Below are positions 20,533 to 30,999 of a stretch of 248,000 nt of DNA, in pieces (the first letter of the stretch is position 1; each line of letters starts with the position of its first letter). This stretch comes from Hyalangium minutum (lineage in GTDB: Bacteria > Myxococcota > Myxococcia > Myxococcales > Myxococcaceae), in assembly GCF_000737315.1 (NCBI RefSeq), contig NZ_JMCB01000002.1:20001-268000 (forward strand), read 5' to 3'. The notes under the pieces are model-generated. The model saw only the letters and a program-made list of their open reading frames with translations. It was not told the origin of the DNA and ran no database searches. Position numbers and translations under genes: made by a program.

Positions 20533-22131
20533 ATGGCTACCATCTCCAAGCTCCCTTCTCCTTCGCTTCCGACTTCGACCCCCCGCACCGAGACGGCGCA
20601 GCCTAAGGCCCCGGCCCCGGCTCCTCGCTCGGAGGCCCGCGCGAGCCGCGCGGCGGATGGCTTCGACTCCGCACCCGCGCGCTCGAACTTCGTGGATCGC
20701 CCGGGCAACACCTTCGTGGCGCGCCCCACCGGCCTGCGTCCGGGCTCGCCGCAGCTGAACCCGACGGAGGCCCCCGCGCCCCGCCCGACGCTCTCGCGCC
20801 AGCCGCTGGCCCGCGAGGCGACAGCGCAGACGCTCAAGGCCGAGGCCACGCCGAACCTGGAGGTGAAGGACCTCTCCAAGGTCACCTCCACAGTGAGCTT
20901 CGACAAGGACGTGAGCATCGACTCGCTGAAGCTGTCGATGGACCTGGCGCACACCTACCGGGGCGACCTGAAGGTGACGCTGACGAGCCCCTCGGGGAAG
21001 ACGGCCACCATCAGCGACAAGCAGGGCGGCAGCGCGGACGACCTGAAGGGCACCTTTGACCTGAGCGCCTTCAAGGGTGAGAAGACGAAGGGCACCTGGA
21101 CGCTGACGGTGGAGGACACGGCGCGTTCCGACACGGGCACGCTGAAGAACTGGAGCCTCGAGGCCACGGGCAAGGCCGAGGGCCCGGTGGATCCGAAGCC
21201 GACCCCCAAGGGCCCGCCTGTCGTCGCCATCTTCGACGGCGGCGTGGACTACAAGCACTCGGACTTGGACGGGGCCATGTGGACCAACCCGAACGAAGTC
21301 GAGGGTGACGGCATCGACAACGACGGCAACGGCGTGGCGGACGACATGCACGGCTTCAACGTGGGCTTCAACTCGGGCGACCCGATGAAGGGCGAGGGCA
21401 CGGACCACGGCACGCACGTGGCGGGCATCATCGCCGCCGAGGACAACGGCCAGGGCAACACTGGCGTGGCGGCGGGCAAGGCGCAGGTGCTCTCGGTGGG
21501 CGGCCTCTACGACGGCAATGACTTGCTGACGAACTTCGAGCGCTCGGTGGACTACGTGGTGGGCCTGAAGGACAAGGGCGCCAACATCCGCGCGGTGAAC
21601 GCGAGCTTCGGGGACGAGTACAAGGACGCGGCCTCGCAGGCGCGCTGGAAGGCGGCCATCCAGAAGCTGGCGGACGCTGACATCCTCCTGGTGGCGGCCA
21701 CGGCGAACGGCAACGGCAGCAACATGAACAACGTGCAGGACTTCCCGGCCAACGTGGATCTGCCCAACGTCATCACCGTGGCGTCCATGGACAAGAACAA
21801 CGACAAGCTGGCGCGCTTCTCCTCGCACGGCGACAAGGTGGTGGAGCTGGCCGCAGTGGGCGAGGACGTGCTGAGCACGGTGCCGGGCGGCCGCTGGGAG
21901 AAGATGAGCGGCACCTCCATGGCCACCCCGCGCGTGGCGGCCACCGCGGCGCTCATGTTCGCGGAGAACCCCAACCTCACGGCGGCGCAGGTGCGCGACA
22001 TGCTGGTGAAGACGGTGGAGGTGGATCCGGACCTGAAGGGCAAGGTGAGCACGGGCGGCAAGCTGGACATCGCCGCCGCCGTGGCCGCCGCCCGCGCCGC
22101 CGCGGCCACCTCCTTCGCCGCGCGCCCGTAG
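20533..22131 (+). CDS. S8 subtilase with N-terminal P-domain
   Basis: D(FDGG), HGTHVAG, SGTSMATP; HTYRGDL P-domain. Confidence 0.9.
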   Translation: MATISKLPSPSLPTSTPRTETAQPKAPAPAPRSEARASRAADGFDSAPARSNFVDRPGNTFVARPTGLRPGSPQLNPTEAPAPRPTLSRQPLAREATAQTLKAEATPNLEVKDLSKVTSTVSFDKDVSIDSLKLSMDLAHTYRGDLKVTLTSPSGKTATISDKQGGSADDLKGTFDLSAFKGEKTKGTWTLTVEDTARSDTGTLKNWSLEATGKAEGPVDPKPTPKGPPVVAIFDGGVDYKHSDLDGAMWTNPNEVEGDGIDNDGNGVADDMHGFNVGFNSGDPMKGEGTDHGTHVAGIIAAEDNGQGNTGVAAGKAQVLSVGGLYDGNDLLTNFERSVDYVVGLKDKGANIRAVNASFGDEYKDAASQARWKAAIQKLADADILLVAATANGNGSNMNNVQDFPANVDLPNVITVASMDKNNDKLARFSSHGDKVVELAAVGEDVLSTVPGGRWEKMSGTSMATPRVAATAALMFAENPNLTAAQVRDMLVKTVEVDPDLKGKVSTGGKLDIAAAVAAARAAAATSFAARP

Positions 22132-22134
22132 TCC

Positions 22135-22521
22135 TCAGTGGGAGGCGGTGACTTCCGGGCAGTGACGCCGGGTGATGCTGACGAACTCCTGGAGCTGGAA
22201 GGGCTTCTCGAGGAGGCCCACGGCCTTCATCTCCTGAGCGATCGGCGTCAGGTCCCGGAACGCGGAGATGACCACCACGGGGATGGACGCCAGCTCGGGG
22301 GTGCGCAGCTGCTCCTGCCGGAAGGCGCGGCCGTCCATCCGGGGCATCATCAGGTCCAGGAAGATGAGGCAGGGCTGGGGCCCGGGGCCGCGCAGCCGGT
22401 CCAGCGCCTCGAGCCCGTTCTCGGCGCCCACGGCCTCATAGCCCTGGTCCTCCAGAATCTCGAGGAGGCTCTCACGGATCTCCAGGTCGTCCTCGACGAT
22501 CAGGACGCGGTGGGACTTCAT
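22135..22521 (-). CDS. single-domain response regulator
   Basis: VEDD, DLMMP, KP. Confidence 0.9.
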   Translation of the reverse strand: MKSHRVLIVEDDLEIRESLLEILEDQGYEAVGAENGLEALDRLRGPGPQPCLIFLDLMMPRMDGRAFRQEQLRTPELASIPVVVISAFRDLTPIAQEMKAVGLLEKPFQLQEFVSITRRHCPEVTASH

Positions 22522-24104
22522 GCGGGCAGCTCCTCGGAAGAAGTGCGCTCGGGCTCGGGGTGCACGCTGGGGGCCAGCGGCAGCCGGACCGTGAAGCAGG
22601 CCCCGCCCTCGGGCAGGTTGTGCGCGGTCACCATTCCATCGTGCGCCTTGACGATCTCCCGGACGACGTAGAGGCCGAGCCCCAGGCCTCCGTAGTGGCG
22701 TATCTCGGCGGCGCGCTCGAAGCGGTCGAAGATGCGGGACAGGGCGTCCTCCGGGATGCCCGGGCCCCGGTCGCGCACGTCGATGACCGCCGTCTCTCCG
22801 TCCTGGGCGAGCGACACCTCGATGGGCGCACCGGCCGCGTACTTGAGGGCGTTGGACACCAGGTTGCTCACCACCTGCTCCAGGCGCAGCCGGTCCCAGG
22901 TGCCCACGATGGAAGCGCCCGTGCGCAGGGTGAGCGCACAGCCCGCGCGGGTGGCGGCGTCCCGGAAGCGCTCGGCGGCCTCGCTCACGGCCTCGGTGAG
23001 CTCGAAGCGCTGCAGGCTCAGCTCGAAGTGGCCCGTGGAGATGCGCGAGACGTCCAGCAGTGTCTCGACGAGGTCGGTCAGCCGCTCGGTGCTCCGGGCG
23101 GCCCGGTCAATCTTCGTCACCACCCGCTTCTCCAGCTCGTCGCTGCGCTGACGCAAGCCCTGCAGCTGGAGCTGGAGCGCGGTGAGGGGCGTCTTGAGCT
23201 CATGCGAGGCAATGGAGAGGAACTCGTCCCGCAGGCGGATGGCCTCCTGCGCCTGGGCCAGTCGCAGCTGCTCCTGCGCCATCCGCCGGCGCTCGGTCAA
23301 ATCCCGCGTCACCTTGGCGAAGCCGATGTGCTTGCCCGTGCTGTCGCGCAGCACGGTGAGGATGACGCTGGCCCAGAAGCGGGAGCCGTCCTTGCGCACC
23401 CGCCAGCCCTCCTCCTCGTAGCGGCCCTCTCGCAACGTGATCTCCAGCTCGCGCTCGCACTTGCTGGAGCGGACGTCCTCCTCCGGGTAGAAGCGGGTGA
23501 AGTGCTGGCCGATGATTTCCTGAGCCGTGTAGCCTTTGATGCGCTCGGCACCGGGGTTCCACGTCATCACATGGCCCTGGGTGTCCAGCATGAAGATGGC
23601 GTAGTCCTTCACGCCATCGACGAGCAGGCGGAAGCGCTCCTCGCTCAGTCGCAGCTGCTCCTCCGCGAGCCGGCGCTCCGTGAGATCCCGCGTGACCTTG
23701 GAGAAGCCAATCAGCCGCCCTGAGGCATCCCTCATGGCCGACAGCACCACATTGGCCCAGAAGGGGGTACCGTCCTTGCGCACCCGCCAGCCCTCGTACT
23801 CGAAGCGCCCCTCCTCTGCGGCCCGCTTCAGGTGCAGCTGGGGCTTGCCGATGTGCTGATCCTCCGGCGTGTAGAAGCGCGAGAAGTGCTGGCCGATGAT
23901 CTCTTCGGCGCGGTAACCCTTGGTGCGCTCGGCACCGGGGTTCCAGGTCAGGATTCTCCCCTGGGGATCCAGCATGAAGATGGCGTAATCGCGGACGCTC
24001 TCAATGAGCATCCGCCAGGGGCCCTGGTCATTCCATAAGGGGGGGAGGGCTTCTGCCACGGAGCGATCCTGCCGCGGAGCGACTGTCCGCTCGTCGTCGG
24101 TCAT
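22518..24104 (-). CDS. PAS-PAS histidine kinase
   Basis: Two RKDG PAC motifs, SHELKTP. Confidence 0.9.
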   Translation of the reverse strand: MTDDERTVAPRQDRSVAEALPPLWNDQGPWRMLIESVRDYAIFMLDPQGRILTWNPGAERTKGYRAEEIIGQHFSRFYTPEDQHIGKPQLHLKRAAEEGRFEYEGWRVRKDGTPFWANVVLSAMRDASGRLIGFSKVTRDLTERRLAEEQLRLSEERFRLLVDGVKDYAIFMLDTQGHVMTWNPGAERIKGYTAQEIIGQHFTRFYPEEDVRSSKCERELEITLREGRYEEEGWRVRKDGSRFWASVILTVLRDSTGKHIGFAKVTRDLTERRRMAQEQLRLAQAQEAIRLRDEFLSIASHELKTPLTALQLQLQGLRQRSDELEKRVVTKIDRAARSTERLTDLVETLLDVSRISTGHFELSLQRFELTEAVSEAAERFRDAATRAGCALTLRTGASIVGTWDRLRLEQVVSNLVSNALKYAAGAPIEVSLAQDGETAVIDVRDRGPGIPEDALSRIFDRFERAAEIRHYGGLGLGLYVVREIVKAHDGMVTAHNLPEGGACFTVRLPLAPSVHPEPERTSSEELPA

Positions 24105-24246
24105 CTGTACTCCGGCTCGAGGATGCGCTGGCTAGGCAGACAAGGTACTGCCCGCTTCCAATCTGGGTTCGCAAGATGCGAGAAACAACCCCGATCTTCG
24201 TAAAAACATTGAACCATCAAAGATCTATTGGATCTTCCGGAGTCAC

Positions 24247-26058
24247 ATGAGTCGCTCGCGCAGGGAGTTTCTGACCAGTACCGCACTGGGCGTGGCCGGA
24301 GTGGCCGCGGCCGTTACCGCAGAGGCGGCACCTTCCGATGCGGGTGTTCCGGCGGCAGCGCCTGCTGGTGCACCGCCCGCGTTTGGGACTGCACCCTCCG
24401 TGGGGCCTGGGGTGAGCGCGGCCACCTTCGCGGAGGCGGAGAAGCTGGTGCAGGTGCAGCTCACTCCAGCGGAGAGGGCTCAGGCGGCCAGCAACTGGCG
24501 CGAGATGATGGCCCCGCTCTACGAGTTCCGCACGGGGCCCCGCCGCGCGAAGCTGGAGCCGGAGGTGGCGCCCGCCTCGCGGTGGGACCCCTTGCTCCCT
24601 GGGCTCGCCAGCGGGCCTGCGCGCAACCGCTTCGTGCGGAGCAAGGCCTCGCCCGGGCCATTGCCGGGGAAGGATGAGGACATCGCCTTCGCGCCCGTCA
24701 CGGCGCTCTCGAGGTGGCTCGAGTCCCGGGCGCTGAGCTCGGAGCGGCTCACGCGCATCTACCTGGAGCGGCTGCAGCGCTTCGATCCGAAGCTGAAGTG
24801 CGTCATCACCCTGACGCCGGAGCTGGCGCTGGAGCAGGCCCGGCGCGCGGACAAGGAGATTGCCGCGGGCAAGTATCGCGGTCCGCTGCACGGCATCCCC
24901 TGGGGCGCGAAAGACTTGGTGGACACGGCGAACATTCCCACCACCTACGGCGCCGAGCCGTTCCGCAACCGCGTGCCCACCGCGGATGCGACGGTGGTGG
25001 ACCGGCTGCACCGTGCGGGCGCGGTGCTGGTGGCCAAGCTGAGCCTGGGCGCGCTGGCGCTCAATGACGTCTGGTTCGGCGGCGAGACGAAGAACCCGTG
25101 GCTCTTGGAGGAGGGCTCCTCGGGCAGCAGTGCGGGGCCGGGCGCGGCGACGGCGGCGGGCCTCGTGGGCTTCTCGCTGGGGAGCGAGACGGGAGGCAGC
25201 ATCATCTCGCCGTCCATGCGCTGTGGCATCACCGGCCTGCGGCCCACGTTTGGCCGCGTGCCGCGCACTGGCGCGATGACGCTGTGCTGGTCGCTGGACA
25301 AGCTCGGGCCGATGACGCGCGGGGTGGAGGACTCGCTGCTGGTGCTCCAGGCGCTCTCCGGGCCGGACGCGGGCGATGTGGACAGCGTGCCGAGCGCGCT
25401 GGACTTCGACGCCACCGCCGGCGTGAAGGGCCTGCGCGTGGGTTATTTCCCAACGTGGATGGAGGACTTCCCCGCGACGGACGTGGACCGCGCCGCGCTG
25501 GAGACGCTGAAGCGGCTGGGGCTGAAGCCGGTGGAAGTCACGCTGCCGGACTGGCCGTACATCTCACTGATGATCATCCTCTTCGCCGAGGCGGCGGCGG
25601 CCTTCGAGGAGCTCACGCTGAGCCACGGCGTGGACGCGCTGAAGATGCAGGTGCCGGACGCGTGGCCGAACCTCTTCCGCCAAGCGCGCTTCCTGTCGGC
25701 GGTGGACCTCATCCAAGCGGATCGGCTGCGGCGCAAGGTGGCGCAGGAGATGGTGCGGGTGATGAAGGAGGTGGACCTGCTGCTGGTGCCCTCGCTGCAG
25801 CTCGACATGCTCACGATCAGCAACTTCACGGGGCACCCCTCGCTGACGCTGCGCACGGGTTTCGTGGAGGTGGATCAGGCCCGGAGCGACTGGGCGCCGG
25901 ACCCCGCGCGGCCGCTGCCGAAGTTCTCGCCCATGCGGCGGGTTCCGCACGGCGTCACGCTCATCGGGCGGCTGTTCGACGAGGGGACGCTGGGCCGGGT
26001 GGGCATGGCCCTGGAGAGGGCCTCGGGTGTCGCGGGTGAACGGCCCCCGGGCTTCTGA
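24247..26058 (+). CDS. amidase, Tat-exported
   Basis: SRREFL Tat signal; GSSGSSAG and GSETGGS amidase signature. Confidence 0.9.
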   Translation: MSRSRREFLTSTALGVAGVAAAVTAEAAPSDAGVPAAAPAGAPPAFGTAPSVGPGVSAATFAEAEKLVQVQLTPAERAQAASNWREMMAPLYEFRTGPRRAKLEPEVAPASRWDPLLPGLASGPARNRFVRSKASPGPLPGKDEDIAFAPVTALSRWLESRALSSERLTRIYLERLQRFDPKLKCVITLTPELALEQARRADKEIAAGKYRGPLHGIPWGAKDLVDTANIPTTYGAEPFRNRVPTADATVVDRLHRAGAVLVAKLSLGALALNDVWFGGETKNPWLLEEGSSGSSAGPGAATAAGLVGFSLGSETGGSIISPSMRCGITGLRPTFGRVPRTGAMTLCWSLDKLGPMTRGVEDSLLVLQALSGPDAGDVDSVPSALDFDATAGVKGLRVGYFPTWMEDFPATDVDRAALETLKRLGLKPVEVTLPDWPYISLMIILFAEAAAAFEELTLSHGVDALKMQVPDAWPNLFRQARFLSAVDLIQADRLRRKVAQEMVRVMKEVDLLLVPSLQLDMLTISNFTGHPSLTLRTGFVEVDQARSDWAPDPARPLPKFSPMRRVPHGVTLIGRLFDEGTLGRVGMALERASGVAGERPPGF

Positions 26059-26167
26059 TCCGGCCAGTCCACATTTCCGGCAGGATTCCGTTGCAACCCG
26101 GGGCGTTGGTCACTACGTCGGGAGCGCTCAGTCGTAGGCACTCCACCCGAAGTAAATCGAGGACACC

Positions 26168-26602
26168 ATGGCTCCTGTCACCATCACCCCCCTGTACACC
26201 GCCACCGCGACCTCTCACGGTGGCCGCAATGGCCGCGTGAAGTCGTCGGACAGCGTGCTGGACCTGCCGCTGGCGATGCCCAAGGAGCTGGGTGGGCCGG
26301 GCGGTGCGGTCACCAACCCCGAGCAGCTCTTCGCGGCGGGCTACTCCGCGTGCTTCGAGGGCGCGCTCCGGCTGGTGGCGGGCAAGCAGGGCAAGAACGT
26401 GAAGGACGCGAGCATCACCGCGCAGGCCACCATCGGCAAGACGCCGGATGGGGGCTTCGGGCTGGCGGTGGAGCTCAAGGGCAAGCTGCCCGGCCTCTCC
26501 AAGGAAGAGGCCGAGAAGCTCATGCACGACGCGCATCAGGTGTGCCCGTACTCCAAGGCCACGCGCGACAACATCAACGTGACGCTCTCCGTGGAGAGCT
26601 GA
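26168..26602 (+). CDS. ohr: organic hydroperoxide resistance protein
   Basis: NPEQLFAAGYSACF, VCPYS. Confidence 0.95.
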   Translation: MAPVTITPLYTATATSHGGRNGRVKSSDSVLDLPLAMPKELGGPGGAVTNPEQLFAAGYSACFEGALRLVAGKQGKNVKDASITAQATIGKTPDGGFGLAVELKGKLPGLSKEEAEKLMHDAHQVCPYSKATRDNINVTLSVES

Positions 26603-26611
26603 GCCGGGCGG

Positions 26612-26959
26612 CTACTCCGCCTCCGGCTCCGCATCCACTTCGAAGCGGGACACCTCGCTGAAGACCTGGCGCCGGAGGCGGGTGACGTAACCGAACATCC
26701 GGTCCGAGTCCGCTCGCAGGCGCTTCGCCGCATCGCTGGCGGCGTAGCGCTCGACGGCCTCGGTGCTGGCCATCTCGTAGTGGCACACGTAGCGCGCCCA
26801 CCCATCCTCCGCGGCCGCCGTGTCCTTCCACTTGCGGCACGAGAGGAAGCCCGGCTGGCGCAGCACCTCCGGGACGTGGTGCTGCTCGTGCCACTCGTTC
26901 CAGGCGGCCTCGGAGTTCTGAGCCACCTCGATGGTGACGACGTAGAGCGCGGGCTTCAC
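26612..26959 (-). CDS. DUF4286-like dimeric alpha/beta barrel protein
   Basis: WNEWHEQHHVPEVL. Confidence 0.65.
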   Translation of the reverse strand: MKPALYVVTIEVAQNSEAAWNEWHEQHHVPEVLRQPGFLSCRKWKDTAAAEDGWARYVCHYEMASTEAVERYAASDAAKRLRADSDRMFGYVTRLRRQVFSEVSRFEVDAEPEAE

Positions 26960-28149
26960 TTCGCGCCTCCGGCCCAGGTGCCCCAGTCCGAGAGCTGCTG
27001 GGTGAACGTGGGCTTGCGGCTCTTGCCCTCCACGCGCTCCACCGTCTCTCCCAGCGCGCCGAAGCGGGCCTGGTAATGCAGCCCATCCAGCGTGGAGTCC
27101 CACGGCTCCGCGGCGTAGAACTCCGAGCGGAGCTGCTGCGCACCGTCGGACTTCTCGGACGTCTCGAAGATGAGCGAGGGGACCTTGCGGCCCTTCACGT
27201 CCAGGGTGCCGCGGCGGTTCGGGGAACCCGTGTACCGAGGCGTGCGGAGCTGATCGGCCATCCAGGGGGCGAGCGAGTGCAGGAACTCCTCGACGGGCAC
27301 CACCTCGGCATTGGCGAAGCTCGGGCAGGGAGCGCCGCTGGTGGGAGCGGGGCCGACGCTCGTGAGCAGGAAGCCGCGCTCGGCGGCGAGGCAGGTGCGG
27401 TTGACCTCTTCACCGGTGCCCGGGTTCAGGCGGGAGTCGGACCAGGTGCCCGGGCCCAGCGGGTACTGCAGCGAGGGAGCCGTGCCCGTGCTGCCCTCGG
27501 CGCCCTGGCGGAACTCCACGAGGGTGAGCTGGTGGCCGCCGCTCGCGCCGAAGCCGGACAGGGTGGTGCTGGCGGAGAGCAGCCCATTCGTCAGGTACAG
27601 CGGGCCCGGGTTCGAGGCGTAGAGGCGGTTCTCCAGCGGGCCATCCACGGGCCGCTTGTCCTCGGTGTAGCGCTTGGCCTCCCAGGTGCGGCCGCCGGCC
27701 GAGAGCTCCTCGGTGCTCTCGGTGCCTCCGCGGGTCCATTCCAGGGAGCGCGAGGCCTCCGTGCTCATGGGGAAGACGAGCTCCTTCGACAGCGGCAGGC
27801 TCGAGCTGGGCTTGCCCGCCTCATCGCTCGTGGAGAGCTTCAGCCAGACCCAAGGAGCTTGGACGGCGACCACCTCCAACGCCAGCCGCCCGGCGACGCG
27901 CGCCTCGGTCTTCGCGCCGACGTTCGCGCGGTTGGCAGTGAAGGCATACACGACGCGGTCGCCCACGCGGGCGGTGTGCCACGGGGTGGTGCCCGAGGAG
28001 GGAGGCGGCGTGTTCGTCATGGGCTCGGTCTGAGGCGGCTCGGTGGCGGTGCCATCGGGTTGCGTCTGAGAGGACGTGGTGGCGCAGCCGGCGAGAACTC
28101 CGAGCGCCGCGGCGCCCACGAGGGACAGGAACGAGGAGCGGGGATGCAT
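26956..28149 (-). CDS. lipoprotein, unknown function
   Basis: LAGC lipobox. Confidence 0.6.
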   Translation of the reverse strand: MHPRSSFLSLVGAAALGVLAGCATTSSQTQPDGTATEPPQTEPMTNTPPPSSGTTPWHTARVGDRVVYAFTANRANVGAKTEARVAGRLALEVVAVQAPWVWLKLSTSDEAGKPSSSLPLSKELVFPMSTEASRSLEWTRGGTESTEELSAGGRTWEAKRYTEDKRPVDGPLENRLYASNPGPLYLTNGLLSASTTLSGFGASGGHQLTLVEFRQGAEGSTGTAPSLQYPLGPGTWSDSRLNPGTGEEVNRTCLAAERGFLLTSVGPAPTSGAPCPSFANAEVVPVEEFLHSLAPWMADQLRTPRYTGSPNRRGTLDVKGRKVPSLIFETSEKSDGAQQLRSEFYAAEPWDSTLDGLHYQARFGALGETVERVEGKSRKPTFTQQLSDWGTWAGGAK

Positions 28150-28150
28150 C

Positions 28151-28879
28151 TCAGCTTTCCTTGCAGGGGTTGAGGGGAGACATGAAGGTGCGAATGGCCT
28201 CGGGGTCCACGGGGGTCCCCTTGAGATCGAGAGAGTCGAGCGGCGCTTCGGGGTCCGGATCCTCGCCCATCCAGAAGGCCATGCGCAGCTGCGTCTGGCC
28301 TGGGCACTCGAGGAAGAGGACGGAGTTCAGCCCGTGGTCCGTGCTCTTCTGATTCTGGGCGGACAGCTCACCGCGCTGGGTGACGTAGAGCACGCGCCGG
28401 CCATCGGAGAGCGGGACGATGCCTCGGCCGATGATCTCTCCCTGGCCGACATGCACGCCGTTGCGGGTGAGCACCGAGGTGTCGTCGGACTTGCCCTCGA
28501 CGTACTGGCGCAGCTTCTGCTGGTCGGAGGCGGAGGACATCTTGAGGAACATGTAGACGAAGACACGCACCTCCTCCTTGGGGCCGGTGGTGGGGGCGTC
28601 CGGAGAGCGCGTGCTGAGGACGGCCATGTCCATGATGGCGGGCACGCTGAGGGACATGACGGCGAAGTAGCCATCCGGCAGCGTGTCGGCGCCCAGGGTC
28701 TTCTTCACCATGGCGGTGCGCGTGACGGGGTTGGAGAGGTCCGCTGCGTATTCCTCTCCCTTCTTGAACATGAACGAGATGGCCACCACGACGGCCACGA
28801 TGGACAGCAACAGCAGAGCGCCGCAGCCGATGCCGACATACAGCCACGGTGAGCGCTTCTTGGGCGCAGCAGGTTCCAT
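28151..28879 (-). CDS. membrane-anchored hypothetical protein
   Basis: N-terminal TM. Confidence 0.55.
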   Translation of the reverse strand: MEPAAPKKRSPWLYVGIGCGALLLLSIVAVVVAISFMFKKGEEYAADLSNPVTRTAMVKKTLGADTLPDGYFAVMSLSVPAIMDMAVLSTRSPDAPTTGPKEEVRVFVYMFLKMSSASDQQKLRQYVEGKSDDTSVLTRNGVHVGQGEIIGRGIVPLSDGRRVLYVTQRGELSAQNQKSTDHGLNSVLFLECPGQTQLRMAFWMGEDPDPEAPLDSLDLKGTPVDPEAIRTFMSPLNPCKES

Positions 28880-28946
28880 GGTGTCCTCCCCTCGGGCGAC
28901 TTGATACACCGAGGAGCGCCGAAGATCCCCAATTCCTGGAGGCCTC

Positions 28947-30935
28947 ATGCCCGCAGCCCTGCCGATTCGTCGTGTTGTCCTCTACAAGCACGGGGTGGGT
29001 TACTTCGAGCGCAAGGGCCAGGTGAACGGCTCCGAGGCCCTGCACCTGGACTTCAAGGCGCGCGAGATGAACGACGTGCTGAAGTCGATGACGGTGCTGG
29101 ACCTTTCGGGTGGCACGGTATCGGCGGTGAGCTACGACTCGACGAAGCCGCTGGAGCAGCTGCTGAAGGAGGCCACCATCCGCATCCCCGAGACCGGCAG
29201 CCTGACGGCGCTGCTGGGGCAAATCAAAGGCGCACGGGTGCGGGCGCGCATCGGCGGCAAGGAGGGGGTGGAGGGCATCATCGTCGGGATGGAGTCGCTG
29301 CCGGTGGTGGAGGGCAAGGCGTCCGTGGTGCGGCCGTTCCTATCGCTGCTGGTGGACGGAGCGCTGCGCACGTTCGACGTGCTGGAGCTGGGGGCGCTGG
29401 AGTTCCTGGATGACGCTGTGCGCAAGGACCTGGAGTTCTACCTGGCGACGGTGCTGTCTTCGTACAAGAAGGACAGCAAGCGGATGTCCATCCTCACGGC
29501 GGGGGAGGGCCAGCGGGAGCTCTTCGTGAGCTACGTGGTGGAGGCGCCGGTATGGAAGACGAGCTACCGGATTCTCCTGGAGGAGAACGAGAAGCCGCTG
29601 CTGCAGGGCTGGGCGCTGGTGGACAACACGGGGGACGAGGACTGGGTGGACGTGGAGCTGGCGCTGATCGCCGGGCTGCCTGTGTCCTTCGTGCATGACT
29701 TGTACAACCCCCGGTACATGAAGCGGCCCATCGTGGAGGTGGTGACGGAGGCGGCCGCCGCGCCCGTCATCCCCGAGGAGGCGCTGGGGGAGATGGACCG
29801 GGCCTCTTTCGGAGGGCTCCAGCAGGAAAAGGAGTACGCGACGCTCGGGGCCCCGGCGATGCAGGCGCCGGCGAGGGGTGGGCGGATGAAGGGCGGAATG
29901 GGGATGCGGGAGGCGGCGGAGCGCAGCGTGGAGGTGAAGACGCTGACGAAGGAGGTGGGGGATCTGTTCGAGTACCGGGTGGGTCATCCGGTGACGGTGC
30001 ACCGCAACCAGAGCGCGCTGGTGCCCATCCTGCAGCGGCCGTTCGAGGGGCGCCGGGTGCTGCTCTACAACCGGTCCACGCGCGAGAAGAACCCCATGGC
30101 GTGTATCGAGTTCACGAACACGACGGGGCTGACGCTGGAGGGCGGGCCGGTGACGGTGTTGGAGGCGGAAACGTACGTGGGCGAGGCGATGCTCGACACG
30201 ATGAAGCCGGACGACAAGCGCTTCGTGCCGTACGCGGTGGAGCTGAGCTGTGTCGTGACGCCGGTGGACTCGACGGAGAACGGGCCGGTGTTCCGGGTGG
30301 TGGTGGACCGGGGAGTGATGGTGGTGGAGCACTACCTGTTCCGGAAGATGACGTACACGGTGCGGAACAAGGGGAAGCGGCCGGCCACGCTCTACCTGGA
30401 GCACCCGCGCCTGGGGGGAGGGGAGCTGAAGGACACGCCCGCGCCGGCGGAGACGACGGAGGGCTTCTGGCGCTTCAAGCTGGAGCTGGCGCCGGGGGCG
30501 AGCGTGGAGCTCCCGGTGACGGAGCGCACGCGGGGGACGGAGCAGTACCACCTGAGCTCCATCCAGAGCGAGCACGTGATGCTCTTCGTGAAGAAGCGCT
30601 ACGTGGACACGAAGCTGGCGGAGGCGCTGAGGGAGATCCTCGCGCTGAAGGATCGGGTGGCGAAGCTGACGCAGGAGGAGCAGCAGCTGACGAACGAGCG
30701 GACGGAGCTCTTCAAGGACCAGGAGCGCATCCGGTCGAACATCGAGTCACTCAAGAGCGGAGCCACGCAGCGGGAGCTGGCCGAGCGCTTCGTGTCGAAG
30801 CTGAGCGAGCAGGAGAACCGGCTGGACGCTATCGGTGCCGCGCTAGAGAGACTCACCCGGGAGCGCAAGGCAGCCAACGAGGAGATCGTCCGCCGCATCC
30901 AGTCGCTGAGCTACTCAGCGGACGCGGAGGCGTAG
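28947..30935 (+). CDS. DUF4139-family protein
   Basis: VVLYKHGVGYFER, VDNTGDEDW, C-terminal coiled coil. Confidence 0.7.
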   Translation: MPAALPIRRVVLYKHGVGYFERKGQVNGSEALHLDFKAREMNDVLKSMTVLDLSGGTVSAVSYDSTKPLEQLLKEATIRIPETGSLTALLGQIKGARVRARIGGKEGVEGIIVGMESLPVVEGKASVVRPFLSLLVDGALRTFDVLELGALEFLDDAVRKDLEFYLATVLSSYKKDSKRMSILTAGEGQRELFVSYVVEAPVWKTSYRILLEENEKPLLQGWALVDNTGDEDWVDVELALIAGLPVSFVHDLYNPRYMKRPIVEVVTEAAAAPVIPEEALGEMDRASFGGLQQEKEYATLGAPAMQAPARGGRMKGGMGMREAAERSVEVKTLTKEVGDLFEYRVGHPVTVHRNQSALVPILQRPFEGRRVLLYNRSTREKNPMACIEFTNTTGLTLEGGPVTVLEAETYVGEAMLDTMKPDDKRFVPYAVELSCVVTPVDSTENGPVFRVVVDRGVMVVEHYLFRKMTYTVRNKGKRPATLYLEHPRLGGGELKDTPAPAETTEGFWRFKLELAPGASVELPVTERTRGTEQYHLSSIQSEHVMLFVKKRYVDTKLAEALREILALKDRVAKLTQEEQQLTNERTELFKDQERIRSNIESLKSGATQRELAERFVSKLSEQENRLDAIGAALERLTRERKAANEEIVRRIQSLSYSADAEA

Positions 30936-30999
30936 AGCCCGGGGAACCTGGCAGCCAGTTGGAGGGGCCTGCCCAGGGTGGTAGGTTCTCCCTCATCCC

